Positions 10,184 through 21,231 of a stretch of 64,000 bases of DNA are shown piece after piece. A program made the translations under genes and the position numbers. The notes beneath the pieces were generated by a model. That model was not told the DNA's origin, ran no database searches, and was given only the letters and a program-made list of their open reading frames with translations. This DNA is from Azolla caroliniana (Eukaryota > Plantae > Polypodiophyta): positions 5,766,001 to 5,830,000 of the forward strand of contig JBHGNT010000008.1 of NCBI GenBank assembly GCA_043228905.1, in the 5' to 3' direction. Within the stretch, counting starts at the first letter, position 1. Each line of letters starts with the position of its first letter.

Positions 10184-13100
10184 TGTTGAGAATCAAGCTC
10201 AACTTGGTCAAGTGTGTGAACTCACCTTGAGAGTGAATAGACACTCCAACGGTCAAGAGTCACCATTATGTCACCTCTTTGTATTCTAGCATTTAGTATG
10301 AGTCATAGAATCATATTTTATGACACATAACTTATGAGCTTTCACATTCCCCATGCTCCATGAGTCTTGTAGTTAATGAAGAGAGAGGGTGACTATATAT
10401 AAAGCACCCTCCTCCCACCTTGTATACGTTAAGTCTTTCTCCTTTATTAACACAATCTACCTTGCATATTCTCTATGTATTATTCCTTGTCTCTCTCTCA
10501 CTCTCTCTCTCTCTCTCATACACACACATAACTCACATCTCTTCCGCTTCACAAGCATCATATTTGATTCTTTACATGGTATCAAAACGATTTGGTAGCT
10601 CGATCTAGCCCATTCGCCTCATCGTGATCGTGTGTTGTGCTCCACACCGACGACCAAGAACCGGCTCATCGCTATCGTAGCTTCGCTACATAGCACACAT
10701 TCGAAGAGTGAAGAAGAAGAAGAAGAATCGACATAATGAATACTCAAATGGGGAGCACTCTCCCTACCGAGAAGTTGGATCGAAACAACTTCGCATCTTG
10801 GGAGTACAAGATGCACCAATACCTTGTCAGACAAGGCTATTGGAGCTACATCAAAGGAGCGCATGAAGACCGACCCGCCAAAGCGGCTCCCGGATACGCA
10901 ACATGGGAGCAAGCCACAAGCCGCGTGATGTATTGTTTAGCGACATGTGTTCACGACCACATGCTCGGTTACATTCGAGAAGCCAAGATGCCAAAGGAAT
11001 CGTGGGAAAATCTACGAAAGATTTTCGCCGCCAACACGACCGCGAGGAAGCTTCAACTCCGCCAAGAGTTGAACAACATTCAACAAAGGGACATGTCCAT
11101 CATGAACCTTGAAGATCAAGGAACTTTGCGACTTGCTCGGCTCAATAAGCATAAGTATCGATGATGATGACATGGTGCAAATATGTCTCGGCGGCCTCGC
11201 ACCACGGTTCGGCGCGATGCGAACCGCCGTTCTAGCACGGGAGAAATCTCCCTCCTTCTTCGAGCTCCAATCAATGCTATTGGTCGAAGAAAATCATGTG
11301 CGTACAATGAGCAATGAGTCAGAAGGCCACATGCTCTACACACACTCGAACGGAGGAAGAGGACGCAGATGAGCGAGAGGCCGATTCGGCCAAGGACAAG
11401 GCAGACGAGGTCCGACCTACGATAACAACTCCCAATTTCAGCCGCAAAATGGAAGCCAACGAGGAACCTTCGCAAGAAGGGGGAGCTTCCACTCCGGCCC
11501 GAGCCGCCAAAACGCAACCGACTGCGTATATTGCGGAAAGCTCGGCCACCACGAAGAAGAGTGCCGAAAGAAGATGCGTGAATCAACTTCCACAAGCCAA
11601 CAACTCACGAATTACGCGCACAACTCCAACTACGAAGAGTATAGCAGAATGTACGGGCACAACTCCGACTACGAAGATCGTGGCGGAATGTATGCACGCA
11701 ACGCCGACCGTGGCGGAATGTTCATGATGAAACATAGAGCAAACTCTATGTCGGCCTCTACCTCAACTAGTGCCCTCAATCCGGAGGACATATGATTTGT
11801 TGACTCCAGAGCCTCAAACCATATGACATCCCACAAAGAATGGTTTCTCGAACTTCGAGAGCCGGAGCGACCCGGTTATGTCGAAACCGGAGATGATACT
11901 AGCACCCGATTCGGCACATCGGCAATGTTCCGTTCGGCGAAAGAGGTAAGCAAACATACATTAAAAATGTCTTGCATGTTCCCACCATCACGAAGAATTT
12001 GGTCTCGGTCGGCCAAATGGTTGAGCAAGGGATGCAAGTACGATTCAACCAAGAAGGGTGCTTCATCGAAAAAGAAGGCCGAATAATCGCACGCGGAAGA
12101 AGAGAGGGCCGGATGTTCATTCTCGATTCACACGAGATGAAATCCGCCATGTTCACGAAAAGCACGAAAGCCGACTCCGACATAGAGCTATGGCACAAGC
12201 GAATCGGCCACATCAATCTCAACAAACTCAAAGCAATGAAATCGAAAGGAGTCGTCATCGGACTCCCGACATTCAAAGAGAAGGAGATTGAAGGTGTATG
12301 CGAAGCGTGCCAATTCGGCAAGCAACACCGACACCCATTCCCGAAAGAGTGGAACGTGAGCAAAGGTCTACTCGACGTAGTCCATTCCGATGTATGGGGA
12401 CCGGCACAGACGGCTACATTCGGCGGATGCTGATATTACGTGCTCTTCATCGACAACTTCTCTAGGCACACTTGGATCTACCCGATGCGGCAAAAGAGCG
12501 AAGTGTTCGGACACTTCCAAACTTTGAAGAATGAAGTCGAGAAAGCCACGGGCCGACATGTACGTTGTCTTCGATCGGATGGCGGCAAGGAGTACTTCTC
12601 AGATGATTTCACGGCGTATCTCCGAAAGGAAGGAATTCGGCGAGAATTCACTTGCCGACACACTCCACAAAAAAACGGGGTAGCCGAGCGCAAAAATCGG
12701 CACATCCTCGAAGTAGTGCGGGCTATGATGAACGAGAAGCATATGCCCAAGTCATATTGGGCCGAAGCTGCAAATACGGTCGTCTACCTAATGAACCGGT
12801 GCACAACATCCGGTGTGCACGAGGTCACTCTGCACAAAAAATACTTCGGAAAGAAGCCGAACTTATCGCACACCCGGATATTCGGTGCGATAGCGTACGT
12901 GCACATCCCCGACGAGAAGCATCAAAAGCTTGACCCAAAGTCAGAGAAATGTATCCTCGTAGGATACTCATTGGAGCAAAAGGGGTACAAGTGCTACAAC
13001 CCCTCAACTCGAAAATCTCGGGTAAGTCGAGATGTCGTTTTTGACGAGTCCGCATCCTGGTATGCACCAGAGACAACTTCAACTCCGACTACACTCGACC

Positions 13101-15708
13101 CAAAATCCGCTGAACAAGAGATAGAGGATGAAGATCATTTTACACGCATGTTCGAAGAAAGTCCAATCATGACCTGACTGAGCGGACCACACGAGCCTCC
13201 GAGCGATCAAAGCACATCACGACCTAGCCCGAAGATGGACAAAGGCAAGGCGAAAATGGCGGAATACGAAGACGATCGCTTCGACGACGATGAATCGACT
13301 CACTCACTCGACAGTGAGTTCGGCGGCTTCGATGTACCAATCAGAGCTAAGAAAGCCCTCATCTCTGCAAATGAAAAGCTCCGCCGCTCCACCCATGAAA
13401 AGAATCCGGTTAGCCGATTTGGCTACAATGACTACATGGCATATCACTATGCCTTTATGATGAAGGTGGCAACAGTACGCGAGCCGGAAACATTCTCCGA
13501 AGCAGCCAAGGATCCGCGATGGATCGACGCCATGAACGAGGAGATGTAGGCACTACGCAAGAACGAGACGTGGGATCTCGTTCCCATCTCACCACACAAA
13601 AAGGCGATCGGATGCAGATGGATTTACAAAGTGAAGTACAACGCCGACGGCTCCGCCAACTGCTACAAAGCGCGACTCATAGCGAAAGGCTACGCCCAAA
13701 TGCACAGAGTTGACTACGAGGAGACCTTTGCCCCGGTGGCAAAGATAACGACGATACGGACCGTAATTGCGCTTGCCGTGGTGAAAGGGTGGCACCTCCA
13801 TCAAATGGACGTCAAGAATGCCTTTCTACAAGGCGAATTAGAAGAGGAGGTGTACATGATACAACCACCCGGCTTCGAATCGCGCATTCATCCGAAAGTT
13901 GTTTGCCGACTCAAGAAGCCACTCTACGGCCTCAAGCAAGCACCACGTGCTTGGCATTCGAAGATAACGCAATATCTTCGTCAAATTGGCTTCCGTATGT
14001 CAAAATCGGACAACTCCCTCTACATACGAAGCGATTCCGCAAGTCCGATCGTCATCATCTTATATGTGGATGACCTAGTCATTGGAGGTGAGCATCTCGT
14101 CGAAATCAATAAGGTGAAATCCCTCCTTTCCGACAAGTTCGAGATGATGGACATGAAGGAGCTCCACTACTTCCTCGGCATCGAGGTAATTCGGACTCCG
14201 GCCGGAATCATGATCTCTCAATGGCACTACATCCTCAACTTATTGTACAAGTTCGGGATGGCTAAGTGCAAATCTGTGGCAACCCCGCTCGATCGTAATC
14301 TCAAACTAGACACGAACTCCGGCACCAAAGCGTGTGAGCCGACTCAGTATCGGCAACTCATCGGGAGTCTCATCTACCTCACGATCACTCGACCCAATCT
14401 CAGCTATCCGGTCGGTCTCCTTAGTCAATTCATGCAAACACCGCGTGATACTCACTTGGATTGTGCTAAGTGAGTTCTACGGTACGTGAGCGGCACAATG
14501 GATTGCGGCATCCTCTACAAGACCGCGATGCCAATACGCCTCGAGGGGTACACAGATGCCGATTGGGCCGGCTACAAAGACGATAGAAGATCAACCTCTG
14601 GATTTGTTTTCTCCCTCGGCAGCGGAGCAATATCCTGGAGTAGCAAGAAGCAGCCTACCGTCGCTCTTTCGAGTACAGAGGCGGAATACAGGGGCACAGT
14701 CGTAGTTGCGTGTGAAGCCGTATGGCTCAAGAGGATTTTGAAGGATCTGGGCGTACCCATCAAGGATCCGACTTCACTTTACTGTGACAACATGAGCAGT
14801 ATCTATCTGGCTCGGAACCCGGTGTTCCACGCGCGGACAAAGCACATCGAAGTGCACTACCACTTCATCCGAGAGCGCGTTCTAGCTGGCGATGTCGACC
14901 TACAACACATTAGCAGAAATCTTCAAACGGCCGACATCTTCACTAAAGCCTTAGGAGCCGACAAGCTGTGGCAATTCATGACCGATCTCGGATTGACGAT
15001 CCCTGACCTGCCAAGCTTGAGGGGGAGTACTGAAGACATTACGGAATAATGTGTGGATTCTGCAAGCCGCGTACACTACACAAGAATGCGTGGATTACGC
15101 AACCACGCAACAAAGCCGTGAAGAGCCGACCTACCGCGCAAAGCCGCGAAGAAAGACGCAAGCCGAAGCACAGACTTCGCAACTACGCACAACGCAACCT
15201 GGAGCACGGATTCCACAACTCTGCATAAATGCGAGTCGACGCAGACTTTGGAACGTGAGTCGAAGCGGATTTCAGATACCGTTTGAAACCGACCCGACTT
15301 GAGCTTGAGGGAGCATGTTGAGAATCAAGCTCAACTTGGTCTAGTGTGTGAACTCACTTTGAGAGTGAATAGACACTCCAACGGTCAAGAGTCACCATTA
15401 TGTCACCTCTTTGTATTCTAGCATTTAGTATGAGTCATAGAATCATATTCTATGACACATAACTTATGAGCTTTAACATTCCCCATGCTCCATGAGTCTT
15501 GTAGTTAATGAAGAGAGAGGGTGATTATATATAAAGCACCCTCCTCCCACCTTGTATACGTTAAGTCTTTCTCCTTTGTTAACACAATCTACCTTGCATA
15601 TTCTCTGTGTATTATTCCTTGTCTCTCTCATTCTCTCACTCTCTCTCTCATACACACACATAACTCACATCTCTTCCGCTTCACAAGAATCATATCTGAT
15701 TCTTTACA
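10184..15708 (+). mobile_element. Full-length Ty1/Copia element, pseudogenised
   Basis: LTRs 10184-10576 and 15316-15708 (393 bp each, about 12 differences by eye); TSD CTTGT (10179-10183 / 15709-15713); PBS TGGTATCA at 10577; gag-PR-INT-RT-RH from 10736 to 15049 (HSDVWGP, LRSDGGKEY, QMDVKNAFL, LYVDD, HARTKHIEVHYHF) broken by stops and frameshifts. Confidence 0.98.
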
Positions 15709-15856
15709 CTTGTAAATAGAGCAAAAGTTATGTTAGTATAAATAACTAGGGCTTCCCTTTCCTTTGGTTTTCTCTTGTTATTTCCCCTTCGTGGTTCCTT
15801 TAACCATACAACGTCCTTGTTTATGTGCCCTTCTTCACGATCAACCATGGTGCAAT

Positions 15857-18800
15857 TGTTGGGAAATCGGTTCCTCCGAATGGGAACCAGACGAGCTGGA
15901 CTGTACGAGCCGGATTGGATGAGCTAGATGAAGAAACCGAACCGGATGGATCCGAAAGGTATCCAACCAAATCCGGTGTGAAGCAGAAGCAGGGACAAAT
16001 TAATAAATATGTTCGGATGTGCCTGTCGAGGCCATACTTGTAAATAGCCCGAAAGTTATGTTAGTATAAATAACTAGGGAAAAACTTATTGTATGTGTTA
16101 GTTAGTTTAGTTGTAATCGTTGTATAGACAGAGAGAGAGAGAGTGAGAGAATGTGATACAAGTTGTTGTATCTGTTGTAACCGTCAACTGATGAAGAGAT
16201 AGAGCTCGAGGTCGTTGCCTCTGATTCTCCCTTGTAATACCTCCTTGATATAGGGATTAGTTTGGACTCAATGGGCTCCCATGGTTTTTTCCTGGTTAGG
16301 GTTTTCCACGTTAACATCCGGTGTCATCTCACATTTTCTCTCTCAATCTCTCTCTCTTGTCATGTATGTTTCTCTCCCTTCATCATTATTTGCGTTCTAT
16401 ATCTCTTGGAAAGCTCTTTCAGAGAGCTTTCTAACGAATGTTTATTTGCTGAATTCCGTTACCGTAGTGAGGAGTTATGAGCATTTTCGTCTGCAGCCCT
16501 CTTTGCCCCGCAGTTCCTCAAACTCAAGGTAGATTTTGAAACCCTAAATCGATTGAAAGGTACATTCTACTTCTTCTATCATTTTATTAATAGTAAATAT
16601 GCCAAGAGGAGTAAAAGACAATGATTATGTGATTGAAAGCCCAAACAATCAAATGCATACTTTGTCAATGGAAAAGATCACAACTATGTATATCTCATTG
16701 CAAGAGACAGTGATGCATATGCAAATCGAAATGTATGCTTGCAAGGAGAGGGAATTAACTCTTCAACATACATTGGAAATGCAAAAGTTGGAGATTAAAG
16801 CTTTGCGGGAAGAACTACATGCAATGAAGAACATGACTATTCAAATGCAAGATAATAGGATGCCTGAAATAGAAAGAAACATTTGAGTCTTGAAGCAAAA
16901 AAAGAGATTTTATTGAAGGCAAATGCCGAAATAAAATCTACAATTGAAGGGAAGGAAGATGTGATCATGACAAGGTGGAAAGATGTTCTCTTGAAAGAAA
17001 CACCAAAAATCATGCAAAGACATTCTAATACCATGGATGTGTTAGATGCAAAGGAGCAATATGAAATCGAAAGAAGAAAGAATAATATTGTCATTAGAGG
17101 TATGCAAGAGAATGAAATAGAGAATGCATTATCTCTTGGACAAAATATTACGAAATTCTTTGAAGATCACTTTGCTATGCGAGATGTTATTGTATATGCC
17201 ACACATAGGGTTGGCGAAAAGCAACTAGAGGGAAAGACATCTCGAGCTATTGTTTGTACAATCCTCGATGAACGTAGAAGGGCAATGATTCTAGATAGTA
17301 GTAAGGTGTACTTAAAAGGGACAAGTTTTTTTGTAACGGAGGATAGAACTCCACAAGAGCAAGAACATAGAAGGCAAGCATATGCATCTCGGAAAGCAAA
17401 TCAAAATGCATAGCAAGCAATGACCTATGGGACCATAAGTGCTTCACGATTGAAAGTAATATTTTGGAATTGTAGAGGATATCCATGGAATAAGGGTTTA
17501 GGACTCAATGATGTAGCTCAAGGTATGGATATTATACTTTTGGTTGAAACATGGGATCATAAGGCAAAACGTATACCTAAAATAGACGGTTACCTCATAA
17601 AATCGATATGGCCTCACTCCAAAGGGAATATTGGGCGTGTCAGGATAGCATGTATCTACCATGAGAGCTTAGATAAATCTATCAAAGTATGCAAATATGA
17701 TGACTATAAGAGATACATATGGATAGAGGTTAATTTGGGGAAAGAGAAGTTGTATATAGTTGCATGTTACATTCCTCACAAAAACTCAAACTACTATAGT
17801 AGGTTTGGGTTAGATTGTAATGATCCTTTTACAAAATTATGCCATGATATACTTTCATTTGAGAAGCTTGGTAAAGTTTTAATTATGGGAGACTTCAATG
17901 CAAGAGTTGGATATTTCCAAAATGTGGAGACATTTGAAGAAAATGTAGTAGAACATTTTCTAGTGTGTGACTCCGAGGATTGTGTCATGTCAGATTATGG
18001 AAAACTTTTGATACATATGTTAAATTGCACAAACTTGATTATCCTAAATGGTATAAAGGTGTTCCCATTGACAAATGTGCTCACATGTTTACCATCCTCA
18101 GGTGGAGGAAGTGTGGTTGATTATGCATTAATGTTGGCATGTGATCTATCATTGGTGAATGTGTTTAAAGTTGGTTCTCTATCTCCGAACTCGAACCACA
18201 AGCCATTGTACTTAGAGCTTGCAATTCCACATTCCACTAGATTCCGTGGAGTGAAAGACGAAAAGAGATGCATCATCCGACCTTGCTACGAAAAAGCTAA
18301 GATGTATGCAAAGGAAGTGGAGAACCATTTGTTAAATTTTTCTCTAAGCAACGATGTTAAAGAAAATTGGCAACATTTGAAGGATATAATCCTTAAGGTT
18401 GGATATCAATTCTTTAAGAGACATGTGGGTGGGAATAAGGTGTGTAGTTTTCCATGTAATTCTTGGTTCGACAATGAATGTAAGATGTATCTCAAATGGT
18501 TTAAGTCCATAGAAGGGGGGAATTAAAAGATTGTTGCATGGCACATATACAAGAAAGTAGTGAGGAGAAAGAAAATAAGATATTTCCAAATGCAAGAGAT
18601 GAAAAAGAAAAACTTGTTTAAGCTCAAACCAGGTTATGCTCTTGGAAACGGGTGTTCGACCCATAGAACTATTGGCACTCCATAGAGTATATAAATACAT
18701 TACAAAAGTCAAGAATATGCCGAATCATCGATTACCACATCTTGCTTTGAATGTTGGATGTAAGCTACAAAAGAATCATAAAAGTAAGGTTCACTCATCT

Positions 18801-19560
18801 GGTTGGGTTGTTGACATAAGGAAATGGTTTAGAAGATGGGGTGTGGATGATCTTTTAGAGATTTCGGGCAATGCTATGCAGTATGTAATGATTGAGGAAA
18901 GGTTGGTGGAATCATTAAGGATGAAGTGGGAGGATGCTAAGAGGACAATGCTAGAATACTACATTGCAAATGTCAACCCTGAATGTTGGTCTCAATATAA
19001 AGCAAGAATGTCTATTGATCGTATCCAACCTTATCTCATTACCAATATGAGTAGTAATGTTCGTAGAGCCCTCACACTACTTCGCACTCGATCTCACAAG
19101 TTAGGTATTGAAGTTGCATCATGGTATCAAAATGTAACAAATTTGAAGACATGTAAAGTATGCAATGAAGGCATGGTAGAGGATGAATGTCACTTGCTCT
19201 TCACATGCTCGACATATAGTGCAATTCGTTCAAGATATGTTGACATACTAAGAGGGAGTGATAACTTACGTGCCATACTTAAGACACCACCTAGAAGGTT
19301 GAGCTCACATGTGTATGCTTTACTAACACATAGAGACTTTGTGCTTCAATGTATGAATACCCCTTCTTAGGAAGGAGACATATATCAAGAACACATGTAT
19401 ACTCTAGTCCCATAGGTCAAAATTGGCCTCTTTATGGATGATAAAAATTCTAATTCTAATTCTAATTCCTGTGTAAGTCTATCTATCAACCTCTATTTTC
19501 TGTTTTGTTTCTTCCAATGTACGTTTGGATCTCGGTTGTGGTCGAGAATGATTCCTCACA
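15857..19560 (+). mobile_element. Solo LTR of the Tork-like Copia family, interrupted by a LINE
   Basis: Start TGTTGGGAAATC matches 10013; end GATTCCTCACA matches 6470-6481; TSD GCAAT (15852-15856) / GCAGT (19561-19565). Confidence 0.9.
16361..19468 (+). mobile_element. Non-LTR retrotransposon (LINE), internally deleted and lacking the RT domain
   Basis: ORF1 16599-17413 (frameshifted; coiled coil, ERRKNNIVIRG, FVTEDRTPQEQ); APE endonuclease 17420-18526 (IFWNCRG, LVETW, GDFNA, SVVDY, SNHKP); C-terminal part 18636-19370 with CKVC...EDECHLLFTC; (AATTCT)n tail 19446-19468; no YADD-type motif. The 5' boundary is approximate. Confidence 0.92.
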
Positions 19561-20877
19561 GCAGTCCAAGCACTTAACAATGTTAATCAAAATTTCACCC
19601 ACTAGAATGTGACACAAACAACATTGCAACAATCAACCTTACTAAAGCAACAATAGGATGAACTAGTTCCATTATTCACCGTCAAATTTAACCAATTACT
19701 CCTTCAGGAATACCCAAATATGTCTGACAAAATGAAGTTGTTTATCTTATGGCCTCATCTCAAACACTATGTATCTCAATGGACACATTACCAAGGCCCT
19801 ACCTCTCGACATGTAACCATACAAATTGCTCAAGGAATAGAATTTTTAGCGAATTCCAAACTCACTTCTTTCACAATATCAATACTAAATCAATAAAGAC
19901 AACATTTTGTTGCACTTTCTTGGCAAATAGATTGTTATTTCCTAGTTTGGTTGAGCCTACTTGGCAATATAGTTAAGACATGCCTTTATCATTCTTTTTG
20001 AAGAAAGTAATATTGTGAGCAATTTTCTTTACCATCCTTTACCAACTATTGACGCGTGTTACTGACTTAGTCAATCAAATTGATCCATGAATCCTCGTAA
20101 CTATGATAATGGTTGAAGGATTGGAGCAGTATTTTATGGACTTTTTTAATAGTGATAAAAATAGTTGGCTACGTAAAATGAGGATTGTCCTTTAAAAGTG
20201 TGGTCTAGAATTAATGGGGTTAGCTGATGTCTATTGTCTATGAATTCTACTTGTGTTTGTGATCATCTAATCATAGTTGAGTGACCATTCATGTTATAAG
20301 TTGTAACGACTAGTTTGGGCTTCATTAGTTACAATCGATGAGTATTTTAAAATTCTACATTACCTAGTAGTTTCTATGGGGTTGCCCATCATAGTCTAGT
20401 CCACATTGACAATAACGTTTTGGGCAATCATCTCATGCGTATGATTGCATGGGATTGCGCGAAACCGCCTCATGCATGGGGGACATCTCTTGAAGCCGCA
20501 AATATTCATTCCTGACGTGAGATTGCATGAGGCATGGATACAACTTTTGAGAATCCACATTCCCTAACATGAGGAAGTTGCTAGACCAAGGTTGAGTTGC
20601 TGGGGCATGAAGATACCTGACATAAGGGGGGTGGAACTGCTAGGGCGTGAAGATCGAATGCACACATTATGGAGGCATTGAGGGCGTGAAGCGATCGACC
20701 TTCATGCGCCGGGACATCTCTCGAAGTTGCAGTGCTTCATGGCGTCAGGCCACGCGAGGCATGGAGACAACTCCAAGAAGCCAGGCCGCAGTCGGTCGGG
20801 ATTCGTCTCGGCCACAATGGGCCTAGCCATGGCCAATGTGAAACTGAAGAGGGCACAGAAGAAGGAGGAGTAGGCCT

Positions 20878-21195
20878 CATACATACATACATACTACATA
20901 CATACAATAAATACATATATACATACAATACATAGATACATACGACATACATACACTAAATATATACATATATACATTCATCCATCCATCCATCCATCCA
21001 TCCATACATACATACATACATACATACATACATACATACATACATACATACATACACACATACATACAAATTACAATACATACATACATACAAATTACAA
21101 TACATACATACATACAAATTACAATACATACATACATACAAATTACAAATACATATATATGTATACAATACATACATGATACAATACATTCATTT
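20878..21195. repeat. Compound (ACAT)n/(CCAT)n microsatellite with a 20-bp higher-order unit
   Basis: Direct reading; CAAATTACAATACATACATA repeated about 4 times; ends about 40 bp before the proposed ferroportin ATG. Confidence 0.95.
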
Positions 21196-21231
21196 CATGG
21201 CCATTTGCTTTGTTGCCTCTTCTTGTGTGGC

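Noticed and set aside
20877-21189. MYVC-repeat ORFs on the minus strand
   Set aside because: Translations of the (TATG)n microsatellite.
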